This document shows positions 52,603 to 64,000 of a DNA stretch of 64,000 nucleotides, one piece after another (position 1 is the first letter of the stretch; each line of letters begins with the position of its first letter). The stretch comes from Eledone cirrhosa (lineage: Eukaryota). The DNA is taken from NCBI GenBank assembly GCA_964016885.1, contig OZ024742.1, positions 7,564,001 to 7,628,000 on the forward strand, given 5' to 3'. The notes under the pieces were generated by a model. It worked only from the letters and a program-made list of their open reading frames with translations, was not told the DNA's origin and ran no database searches. The position numbers and the translations under genes were made by a program.

Positions 52603-52649
52603 TGCTTACAGCTGTTTCCTCCAAACCGAGGTTTGGATTCTTCGGAGCA
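52603..52649 (-). ncRNA. HHR with U4C change
   Basis: TGCT-CCGAAGA-aTCCAAAC ctcg GTTTGGAg-GAAA-CAGCTG-TA-AGCA. Confidence 0.7.
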
Positions 52650-53430
52650 ATTTATTAATGCATGGACAGTTATATGACCTCCTGTTCAGCCGAGAGACAT
52701 ACCGATACATATTCAAACATTGACACATATTCAAACATTGTGGATCAACATCCATTACAGAATTTAGAGTGGCAGTACACAGTTCGAGATTACATTTATA
52801 TTAAGAGGTACAATCAAAAATCAAAAATCAAAAACACAGGTTAAAATACAACATGAAGATAAGCGGTTATATAGTGCAGTTATATGTGTGGCACGCATGT
52901 GCGTCTTGTTTATATAGTGTGGCAGAGAGATATGTGTGGTAGAGGCACTTAGGTAGGTAAACAAGAGTGTTAGGTTGGTAGATCTGGTGGCAAATTCTTT
53001 ATATGGTTGATATAGTCTGTGTGTGGAGAAATATTATAAGCATTAAAAATAGTGCAAGCATTAAAAGTGTTAAAAGTATTGGAGATGCACAGCGAAGGGA
53101 TGTCAAGTATTTCATGTACTTCGGCATTTTCATGGTCAGGGGAGTGTATTTTTCGATTATATGCCCTTCACATAATCAAGATAATGAATAATAACAGGTA
53201 GACATCATAAAAAGGTAATTTATTCCGAGTGCTTACAAATGTTTCCACAGTGGTTATACAGCCTAGTCATGCTATGTGAAAATTGGTAATTATTTGCTGA
53301 AACTCAATTTTCAAATGCTGCTTCTACCGTTTCCACAGAGCGGAATGGTTAAAATGTAGAATGTAAATACCCTTGTATTTCTTAAAGGAAGTTATTGGGG
53401 AAGATAGAGTAGAAAAGGAAGAGAGAAAGA

Positions 53431-53498
<68 letters not shown>

Positions 53499-53959
53499 TA
53501 GGCGTTGGAGAAATGGGAGAGAGTGGTTTGAAGAATACAGATATCTTAATCAAAATGTTGTGGTAGGGGTTTTATTATACTGCTTACTCTCAACTTGACA
53601 ACCTTAGGCGGTGTGTTGATATAGTTACGGTTGGAATTATTTATTGCCACAGAGAGCAGGTTCATAGATATGGTGAGGGAGGGAGGTAGACCGAGGGCGA
53701 GAAAGAGAGAGAGAGAGCAAGAGGAAGGGAGAGAGAGGAAGAAAGAGAGATAGAGAGGGGACAGACGAAAGCTACGAGATGGGGGTACATGGAGTCCATA
53801 GTTGTAGTCTACAAATCACACTTGAGTATCCATTTATAATGATAAGCATGGTATTGTCTTGTAGTATGGAGGTGGGGATATAGTTAGGAAGTAGATATTG
53901 AGAGAAAATAGTTAGCGACAAAGCCATGTTAGAGTCTCGCGTTTGAATGTTAAGTTATT

Positions 53960-54590
53960 TTATAGTGAGGGAATTTAGCCTTAAGTTTGTGGTTGCAATA
54001 TAATGATCGTTCGATTCTGTCATTTAGTAATTTATTTTGGGATTTTAAGATGTAAAAGATTTCAAGGTTGCATAATCTGCAGTACTTCAATCCACTCCGC
54101 TATGCACTTGCGCTGGAAAGTTTATCCCATTTCAAGGTGAACTGCCAGTTGCATTCTCGGAGTTGCCAGGTCTTATTGGCGAGCGTAGTCACAAGACGGT
54201 GATTAGGATGTTTAATCGAGAATCGATGACGATACCAGCGAGATTTAAAGGAGGTAGTGGTAGACTCGATGTGATACCATTTCTGGTCGTTCGATTCGAC
54301 AGTGCATTGATAAACAATGTTGGACTCTAGGCATTTATTCTTCAATGGGTATCTTTCGGGTAGGTGGCAGTTGCAGTTTTTGTTGTGGGTAGCAGGTATA
54401 CCATGGATAGGTTGGGATAACAGTTCAGGTGGATTGTGTAGCACCCGTCTCCGATTTGGTGGTTGGGAGGCCGATACTACGTTATGCTCATTTGTTACTA
54501 AAATATTTTGTTTTGTAGTGTTGTTTAATTGCTTTAAGTTAAGTGTTTTATGTATGCTTCAAGGTTTGGTGCAGTGAAGTATGATAGCTT
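53960..54590 (-). pseudogene. Naiad-like PLE 3' fragment (linker + GIY-YIG)
   Basis: NCNC..YPLKNKCLESNIVYQCTV..FKSRWYRH; YCRLCNLE after an in-frame stop. Confidence 0.82.
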
Positions 54591-54876
54591 AATAGTATAT
54601 AATAATAATAATATTAATAATAATAATGCTTTCTTTATTAACCACAAGGGTTTACATAAAGTAGACATTAATGACAGTACAGGACAATACAGGACGGTAC
54701 AAATGGGCATTTCCGCGTGTAAAAAACAAGAAACAGAGGATGTAATAATAGAACAATGAAAAAATTCCCCAATAGGGGGAGACTTCAGAGGGACATTCGT
54801 GGAAAAAGCCCATTAAAAAGCCACAGTGACCCTGACCACCAGGGCAAGTGCCCTCTTCCAGTTTTCCACCTTTAAT

Positions 54877-57800
54877 TTACAGACGCATACTCAGAGTAGG
54901 CCCATTCACTCGGACCATTCTTGCCTCTCTCACCCATCTTTCAACAAAATGCTGGGAAGAGAGCACTTCCCTTTCTACCCTGATTTTCCTTTTCAAATGA
55001 AATTTGAAAAAGTTAATCAGGGCATCACCGAAGAGGTAAGTGCTCGTCTTCAGCCCTTTCAAACGTGTCTACCGTATTATCTCTTTCGCCATGGCCACCA
55101 GACAGATAAAAACTGCCTGCCCTTCTCGGCTAAAGGAAGAGGGCGGGACAATCTTCACGATGGACTCAACAGATAGCTGGATCCTTCCTCTACGCGACAG
55201 CAGGTGTTCGACATAAACCCACAAGTCAGCAATGCTCGGACACTGGACGAGTGCGTGCAGGACGGTTTCGTCGCCCTTCGCGCATCTCGGACATGCCCGG
55301 CTAACGGCACCTCCATGTCTGTAGAGTTTATCCTGAATTGGCAAAGCTCCTCGGTAGCACTGCCAGGCCATGGATTTCTGGAAGTTGTCCATAGGCCCCG
55401 GCTCGAAAGTTCTTCCGAAGAGATCGGCTAGTTGATTTTCGTTGACGCCTAGAGTTTCCCCAAGTACGTCGTCGCTCTTCCCCTCCACTAATCCTCTATA
55501 GAACGCCAAGGTGGAGTTTCTACCGACCACATTGTCCGATTAGTCGAGGGCTGTGAGCACCTGAAGAAATTCCAGTCTCCAAGCGCTCCCTCTCGGTCTT
55601 CGCTTGACCCAGGACTGCAGCTCCGCCAAGGAGACGAGCTGGGGAAAGACGCGTCTAGCAAACGGCGACCACACCTGATCACCGTCGAGGAAGAGGTGGA
55701 GAAGTCGTAGCCTGAGCGCGTGTCTGCGCATCATCAGCCACGGCATTCCCAGCCCTCCACGTAGCGGGTGTTGACAGCAGATGTACCGCCTGACCATCGG
55801 AGCGCGTCCCTTCCACAAAAAGCGAAAGAGCAAATGCTCCAGCGCACTCAGGCGGGGCTTAGGACAAGGTACGAGGGTCAGGCGGTAGTAGATGACGGAC
55901 GTGATGTACGCGTTAGCCACCTCCGCTCGACCTTTCAGGGATAGCTTCCTCTCGGCCCATTTCTGGGTGAGAGAAGCCACGCTGTTCGTCCCCTCGTCCC
56001 AGTTTTTGTCCGTCTGGAGATCCGGACCGAACCAGACCCCTATCAATTTAACCGGTCCGTCCGTCCAGCGCCCGACGACGCTGTTGGACGGCATAGACCT
56101 GCCTCTCCAGGTGCTGAGCTGCAGGCCCACTGACTTTTCCTGGTTGATCATTGCTCCTGTCACCGCTTCGTATTCTCTTAGTGTAGTGCCGATCGCCTCG
56201 ATGTGTTTGGCGTTCGACACCACTACGGTGACATCGTCCGCATATGCTGACACGGATCTTCCGCATCCTAGTTCGCGCGGGACCCCCCTCAACGTCTCCA
56301 GTTCGTGCAGTAATGGCTCGAGAGTCAATACGTACAAGAGGGACGAGAGGGGACATCCTTGGCGACCGAGTGCATGATGTTGAACGGTTCCGAGAGGTGA
56401 CCGTTCACTCACACCACAGAGCAGATGTCGCTGTGCATGGCAGCGATCCAGCCTCTGAAGACGCGCCCAAAGCCAGCCGCCCTCAGGACTGCCGCTAGGT
56501 AACGATGGTCAACCCTATCGAAAGCTTTCGACTGATCTAAATTGATCAAGGACCCACCTGTGCCAGGTTCCCTAGCTACCCTCTCTACGATGTATCGCAT
56601 GAGGTGGAGGTTGTCGTGGATGGATCTGTCGGGAATGGCGCATGTCTGCGCCTCTCCCACCAGACCACCAACGACAAGCGCCAACCTCTTTGCTAGCACC
56701 TTGGCCAAAATCTTGAACTCTGTGTTTAGCAGAGTTATGGGCCTAAAGTTATCTATGTTATCCCCCTTGTTCGGATCCTTTCTCAGAAGCTCCACAGCTC
56801 ATCGGCTCACAGACCTGGGAATTCTCCCGTTCTGTTGCCAGTTGCAGTAGACTTCCGCCAAGAGGCCTCCGAACAAGTCTGGCATCTATACGTAAAGTTC
56901 ATAGGGCAGACCATCCAAACCAGGCAATTTACCCCTTGTGCAGCTAGTCATTGCCTCCCGTACTTCAGCGGCTGTTATCGGCTTTTCGCAACACTCCGCC
57001 TCAGTGGCCGAGAGCCGCGGCAGTCCGTCGAGTTAGACACTAAATTCCATCCCTCGATCCGGCCCATCGCTGCCCCTCGAACGACTGAGCGAAGTGTCGC
57101 TGAAAAGCTTCACACATTTGCCCGGGATCGAGTAACATGCGCCCGTCGTGGTCCAACACAGACCGGATCGTGGCTTTGTTGCCACGACGCGCCTTCATCC
57201 CCTCGTGTCTGAGAGCACGCACCCTAGCTCTGACAACGCAGCCTTCGTGCTTTGCATTGCAGAATTGGTCAAGGGTCAATTTCGACGCAAGTACGTCGGT
57301 CTCGATGCCTTTGTTAAGCGCCTCGTCTAATTTTCTAACTAATTCTCCCTCTGCTCTATTTTTCTCTATTGCTAAAGCCTTACTAAACCTAATGGACTCT
57401 ATTCTAATTGCTCTTTTCAGAGCAAACCACCACTTGTTGTTGACGATAGCCTTCGTCAACGCCCGCTTAACTAGTTCGCTAATCCGGTCCCTCTAGGCCA
57501 TGCGCGCTGGTAAGGAGGCGCTTAGCTTCCAGTAGCCGGGTCCTCGACTATGAAGCCTATCTAAGTCAAGCACAAAGATCACGAATTTGTGGTCCGTGTA
57601 GCTGACTATCTTGAATTGTGGACAGCCTAAGCTAGACCTATCTATTTCTCTACAAAATACTCTATCTAGATATGATCTGGATGACCCTATGCGATTTGTC
57701 CAAGTCCACATTGGCACATTCGGGAAATCCAATCGGTAATAGTGAGACAGTTCAAAACGCCTGAGCCGGTTGGTGAGGCTCTTGCACCCTACTCCCCTAT

Positions 57801-58274
57801 CCGCTAATTCCACACAATCCCAGCGTGCATCTAAGATCCCGTTTCAGTCGCTCACTAACACTAAAGAGCGGGACGTTCCAAGAAACGTCTCCAGACGTCG
57901 GAAGAAATCAGGCCGCCCTGCTCCTGTCGGGGCATAGACGGCCACTAGCCTGAAAGTTTGCCCGTCTCCGCTGGTCACGTCTAGCACCACCAACTCACCT
58001 TCTGGGTCCAGGAAGATGGCCCGTATGGCGAGATCCAAACCTCTCCGAAAAAGCACAGCAACTCCCCCCCCCCCCCCGATCCCGGACGCCTGGGAGATGC
58101 GTACACATCGTAGCCGCCGAAGATCGGTGCGAAGGCCACTACTTCGGAGATTCTGGTCTCGCTGATGGCCACTACATCTATGTTTAGTGACCTGAGGTCG
58201 TTGAGCAGGTGGCCCTGCTTTCATGACGACCCCAAGCCACGCGCATTTATGTTGCCTATTCTGAGTGAGGTCAT
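54877..58274 (-). pseudogene. LINE ORF2 (APE endonuclease, RT, C-terminal Zn finger), disrupted
   Basis: NINARG, SETR, VYAP, YLDRVF, TDH; FRPITLLNTEFKILAK, LDQSKAFDRVDH, RQGCPLS, YADD; CPRC..ETVLHALVQC. Confidence 0.93.
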
Positions 58275-58308
58275 ATTGAAATGGAGTGGAAAAGATGGGA
58301 AAGACCAC

Positions 58309-60229
58309 TTACCTTACTTCTCGTAGAGGAAGGATGGTTTGTCCATCCTTTTCACTGCTTGTGGCCTCCTCCGGAAGGATGTCCTTATAAATCCTCCTGG
58401 AGAGCGTTTGTCGGAAGTTTCCGATGTCTTTGGGGAATTTTTGTTTCAGTGTCGTGTACGTTTTCTGTGTGATACGAGTGATTTGTATGTGTGGAGGTGG
58501 TGTGAACTTTTGGGTTGTTGTGTAGTCATTTTCTGTGATGCTGGTGTTGTGTTGCATGTAGTGTAATAATTGGTTGTTGTTCAAATTTAATGCTGTGTAG
58601 TGTGTATCGTTTTGGTTGTTTTGTTTTGATTGCGTTTGTTGTGGGTTTGTTTCTGTTACGCTTTTTGGTGACTTTTGTGGTGTTGGAGATGGTGGTGTTG
58701 GGGTTAATGATGGTGTGGGTGTTTGTGGTGATGGGGTTGGTGATGCTGGTGTGGGTGGTGGCATATCTGTCCTAACCTTTTTGTTTGATAATTTATTTGT
58801 TTCCCTCTGTATTTTGTTTTTGGAGGGGCAAGGAAGATAATTTTTCCTTTTTTGGTTTCTTTTTTTCTTTTTTCCTGATACCGTTTCCCACTGCTCGTCG
58901 TCACAATCTGTCTCCAGTTGCGATAAGCCGGGGAGTGGAAAATCCTCCACAGGCGTTGGTTTTGGTTTTGGCGTGGTGGATGGTGTAGGCGCTGGTGCTA
59001 GTTCTGGCGCGTTGGGTGGTGGTGGTGTTGGTTTTGCTACTGTTGCTGGGGTTGTTGCTGTTACAGTTGCTTCTGTTGTTGCTGCTACAGTTGTTGCTGC
59101 CATTTCTGCTGCTGGTGGTGTTGATGGTTGAGTCACTGGGGTGGGTAAGAGAGGTGGCCTCAACCTTTTAGCCTAAGGGCAAAAAGCCCTTAGGTGGGTT
59201 CCTTCACCACAAAAGACACACCTAGGCCTTCTGCCCTCGACGATTACGGTGAGGTGGCTGCTGTCAGTGAGGTCTATTACCTCTGGGATCTCCCCAATGC
59301 TTTTTTGGTCCGCTTGGATCAGGAGCTCCATCCCAGATCCGGACCAGTTCTCCTGCTTTTCTTTCGCTATTTCAATTATCTTGGTATTGGCCTCGATGCC
59401 GGCGAGGACGGCAGCCATTAGCCAAGGAATTTCGATGGCCGGTGGAACGTGGGTCACCCTGATCTTCACAAGTCTCTGGAAACAATAGCTTGGGACGAGT
59501 GTGAAGTCATCACTTCTTAATGGGGCCATGGAGTGTTTTCTGGCCTCCTGTGGTGTTTCAAAGAATACGTCCACGGTTCCATATTTCTGCCCACGTCTGA
59601 TGTGGGGTTTTTTTGCCCACACATGTCCCAAAGTTTTTTGGATTTGGGACTCGGATTCCCGTTCCACTCGGTGCGATTTTATGTTAATTGTCCGATAAGA
59701 CACGGTGCATAGGCGACGATGCTCCATTTTATTAGGTGAGGTTGGGGGAGAGGCTGACCCTGTACCCATCTTTCTTTACCATTCCTTTGGCTTCTTTTAA
59801 TTCTTCCTGAGTTACCTGGATCGCTTCGCACGTTTTTGCTACTCTGGCAAAAATCAGGGTAGTTTTCTTAATGTCATTGTTGCTGTTGTTGTTATCGTTA
59901 TTTTTGTTATTGTGAATTTTAGTTTCAGTTGTGGTGTTGGTGGTGTCAGTGGTGTTCGGTGTGGAAGAGTTCATTTTGGTTGAATTAATTTCGATATCAC
60001 GAGTTGATTTATTTTTTTCTTTTGTTTCTGTTGTCGCTGTGGTGGTGGAGGTGGCGGCTTTAACATCTGCAATCATTGGTAATGGCGGGAAATGAACGTC
60101 TGCCTGAGACAAATTTAAAATATTGCTACTGCTTATATTTCCAGTGTTGGCAAACGTAGAAATATTTACAATGGTGGTGTCGGTGTGAGGTGTTAGATTG
60201 TGAGGAAGGAGTGACTCTGAGTCATCCAT
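58309..60229 (-). pseudogene. LINE ORF1 (gag-like), split by one frameshift and one in-frame TAG
   Basis: CVFCGEGTHLRAFC = CX2CX4HX4C; 59173..59769 and 58309..59163 are in the same frame; Pro/Thr-rich linker and basic WETVSGKKKKR patch. Confidence 0.82.
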
Positions 60230-60444
60230 GATTTTTCGAAGAAAAATTTTTTTTTGATAATTATAAAAAGTTTAAATTTTGGGCTCAAGGCCCCAATATT
60301 TTTGAGTGTCCTTTTCAGAAATCAATGTATGTGCATTTATATACAGTTAACAATAAAAATTTTCCATAAATATCAATTTTAAACAACTGAAAATAACAAA
60401 CCTTTGCAGAGCTCACGATGATACGATTTACTACGTAGGTCGCC

Positions 60445-60488
<44 letters not shown>

Positions 60489-60765
60489 TAATAATAATAA
60501 TAATAATGATTTCTTTATTAACCACAAGGGTTTACATAAAGTAGACATTAAGGACAGTGCAGGACAATGCAGGACGGTACAAATGGGCATTTCTGCGTGT
60601 AAAAAACAAAAACAGAGGATGTAACAAAAAATAATAATGAAAAATTCCCCAATAGGGGGAGACTTCGGAGGGACATTTGTGGAGAAAGCCCAGTAAAAAG
60701 CCACAATGACCCTGACCACCAAGGCAAGTGCCCTCTCCCAGTTTTCCACCTTTAATTTACAGATA
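60445..60765 (-). mobile_element. Solo 3' UTR of the same Tx1-like family with (TTA)n tail
   Basis: 60510-60763 closely matches 54630-54883. Confidence 0.88.
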
Positions 60766-60769
60766 TATG

Positions 60770-63700
60770 ATTTCATTTATTGGCCACAAGGGCCGACATA
60801 TAGGGGACAATACAAAAGACTGGGACAGTGGGGTTTTACAGAAAAATCAAGTAAACAATATGAATGAACAAAGTAACAATAACAAAGTAACAAGAAAATT
60901 ACAAGAAAAAATTCCCTAATAGGGGGGATGACCACCCAGGGTTCGCTCAGGTACCCCACCAGTCCTGAACGACCCGACGCTTCGAGAGCACCCTGGAAGG
61001 GCACCCCTCTCCTCTTCTAATTTACCTACCTACAGCCGCATGACCAGAGTAGGCCCACTCACACGGGCCATTCTCGCCACATTCACCCACCTTTCAGCAA
61101 ATGTACTGGGGGGCAGCACTTCTCTCTCCACCCTCACCTTCCTTTCCAAGTGAAACTTGAAAAAGTTGATGAGGGATTGGCCGAAGAGAAAAGTGTCTTC
61201 AGTCCTTTCAACCTCGTCCACCATACAACCTCTTTCACTACTGCCACCAGACAGAGGAAAATTGCCTGCCTTTCCTGGCCAAAAGAAGGCGGCGGGTCGA
61301 TCTTCACTATGGACTCGGCCGATAGCCGGATCCGTTCTACACGCGACAACAGCTGTTCAACATAACTCCACAAGTCAGTAATGCACGGACACTGGACGAG
61401 TGCGTGCAGAACGAGCAGTTACGTCTGACAGCACTTTCGTGCCTGTAGAGTTTATCTCGAACCGGCAGTGCCCCCCGGTAGCACTGCCAAGCGAGGGATT
61501 TTTGGAAATTATCCATCGTCCCCGGCTCGAAAGTCCTCCGGTACAGACTGGTTAGTTCGACTTCGTTGACACCCAGAGCCTCTCCGAGTGCGTCGTCGCA
61601 CTTTCCCCCCACTAATCCTCTATAGAACTCGAGAGTGGAAGTTCCACTGACCGCATTGCCCGCCTGGTAGAGGGCAGTGAGTGCCTGGCAACATTCCAGA
61701 TGCCAGTCACCCAGTCTCGGTCTCTTCTTGACCCAGGACTGCAACTCAGTCAAAGAAACGAGCTGCAGAAAGCCCCGTCTGACAAACGGCGACCAGACCT
61801 GTTCACCGTTTAGGCAGAATATCTGGAGATACCGCAGCCTCAGCGCGTGCCTGCTCATCATTAGCCACGGCATGCTCAGCCCTCCACGTAGGGGGTGCTG
61901 GCAGCAGATGGACCGCCTCACCAGCGGAACCTGACCCCTCCACAAGAATTTGAAGAGGAGACGCTCCAAGATGGCGGGGCGCGAACGAGGGCAAGGGACG
62001 ACAGTCAGACGGTAGTAGATGACGGACGCGATGTACGCGTTCGCCATCTCCGCCCGACCTTTCTGTGATAGCTTCATCCCAGCCCATTTCTGGGTGAGAC
62101 TGGCTAACCTGCCCGTCACCTCGTCCCAATTCTTATCCACCTGGAGGTCTGGCCCGAACCAAACCCCTAGCAACTTTACCGGTCCGTCCGTCCAGCGCCT
62201 AACGACGCTGTTGGACGGCATGGGCTTGCCTCTCCAGGTGCCGAGTTGCAAGCCTACTGACTTTTCCGGGTTAAGTTTGCTCCTGTCCACCTTTTATATT
62301 CCTCCAATAAGTTGCCAACCACCTCGATTTCTGAGGTGTCCGACACCATCACGGTGATGTCGTCTGCATAAGCCGACGCGGCTTTTCCGCGTGCCGGTTC
62401 GAGCGGGATGCCCTGCAACAGCTCTAGCTTCGGCAGTAAAGGCTCGAGAGTCAATACGTACAGAAGGGAGGAGAGAGGGCACCCTTGACGGACCGATCGG
62501 GAGACCTGAAACGGTTCCGAGAGGTGGCCATTAATATTGACCATCGAGCAGGTGCCGCTGTGCATTGCTGCGATCCATCTTCTGAAGACGGGGCCGAAGC
62601 CAGCCGCCTTGAGGACAGCCTCCAGGTACCGATGGTGGACCCTATCGAATGCTTTCGATTGATCTAAATTGATCAGAGCCCCACTGAAGCCAGGTTTACA
62701 CCCTACCCTCTCTATGATGTATCGTATTAGGTGGAGGTTGTCGTGTATGGACCTGGTTGGGATTGCGCAAGTTTGCGCCTCCCCAACCAAATCCCCGACG
62801 ACAAGCGCCAACCTCTTCGCTAACACCCTGGCCAAAATCTTAAATTCTGTGTTGAGCAGAGTTATGGGCCTGAAATTGTCTAATGTGTCCCTCTTGTTCT
62901 CGTCTTTCCTTATCAGTGTCACTACGCCCTGGCTCACAGAACCGTTTTGCTGCCAGTTGCAGTAGAGGGCTTCGAGGAGATTGGAGAACAAGTCTGGCAT
63001 ATTTACGTAAAGCAGACCATCTAAACCGGGTGACTTGCGCCTCATGCAGCCGACAAGGGCATCCTGAATCTCGGCTGAAGTAATTGGCCTTTCGCAGTGC
63101 CCAGCGTCAGCCCTCGAGAGTTGCGGCAAGCCATCGAGGTAGGGACTGAAGTCCGTGACCATCTCTGACCCGCCACTTCCCCCGAACAACCGAGCAAAAT
63201 GTTGGCGAAAGGCTTCACACATCCTCTTGGAATCGCTTAGCTCGTGCCCGTCTCGGTCCGTCAAAGACCGAATCGTGGTTTTATTACCACGCTGCGCCTC
63301 TGCCACGCGGGCCCATCGAACAGCTTTGGTTCTTTCGTTTCTCAGAGCACGTGCCTTAGCTCTGACAATGCAACCTTCGTGTTTCGCATTGAAGAAATGG
63401 TCTAATGCTATTCTCGCCGCTAGCACATCAGTTGCAATGCCACTACCAATAGCCTCGTCTAACTTATCTACCAACTCTCCCTCTTTTCTATTTTTCTCTA
63501 ATGCTACTTCTTTGCTAAACTCTATCGACATTACTCTAATCTCTCTTTTGAGAGCCCCCCCCCCACCACCACCACTACCATCTATTGTTGACGACTCCCC
63601 CTGTCAACTTTTTCTTAACTAAATTGTTGACCTGGTCCCTGTAAGCCTTACGTGCCGGAAATGACATGTTTAGCTTCCAGTAACCAGGTCCTAACCTACG

Positions 63701-64000
63701 CGTCTTATCTAGGTCGACCATACAGATCACAAACTTGTGATCTGAATAGGCGACTGTTTCAAAACGTGGACAGCTTATACTATTTCTGTCTATTTTCCTA
63801 ATGAATATCCTGTCTATATACGATCTAGATGACCCTATGCGGTTAGCCCAGGTCCACACTGGCGCATTAGGGAAATCTAGTCGGTACCTGTCAGACAGTT
63901 GGAACTGGCTGATCAGGTTCTTGAGGCTTTTGCAGCCCCCGCTCCTATCGGATACTCCCACACAGTCCCAGCGTGCGTCTAAGATGCCGTTCCAGTCCCC
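60770..64000 (-). mobile_element. Second Tx1/L1-clade LINE family (ORF2 61030 to beyond 64000, disrupted), runs off the window
   Basis: YIDRIF, SDH, SPGLDG, FRPITLLN, KAFDRVHH, SVRQGCPLS, YADD; 3' UTR differs from the 54.6-kb copy. Confidence 0.92.

Larger units (their letters stand above)
54600..60320 (-). mobile_element. Full-length Tx1/L1-clade non-LTR retrotransposon with (TTA)n tail
   Basis: ORF1 with CCHC knuckle, ORF2 APE-RT-Zn finger, 3' UTR ending AATAAA + (TTA)n. Confidence 0.92.

Noticed and set aside
55892-63622. Plus-strand ORFs of 100-160 aa over the LINEs
   Set aside because: Antisense shadows of GC-rich ORF2; no independent motifs

Overview
Eukaryotic, repeat-saturated animal genomic DNA with no recognisable host gene, tRNA, rRNA or CRISPR. 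The SINE families suggest an octopod cephalopod (inference). The window is built from (TA)n/(CA)n/(GA)n microsatellites, about seven Penelope-like retroelements or fragments (PLEs: RT + GIY-YIG; three with a CxxC-containing endonuclease, four Naiad-like), three Tx1/L1-clade LINEs (APE + RT), tRNA-derived SINEs and a few MITEs. Reading both strands by eye I find about 27 type I hammerhead ribozyme (HHR) or HHR-like motifs from roughly 15 sequence families. Some sit in PLE pseudo-LTRs. Many sit in non-coding 0.3-0.6 kb monomers arranged as tandem copies plus an inverted 5' piece, usually next to (TA)n, i.e. retrozyme-like non-autonomous elements carrying the integration signature of the neighbouring PLEs. 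All calls are by-eye pattern recognition, coordinates are approximate to a few bases, and ribozyme activity is untested.
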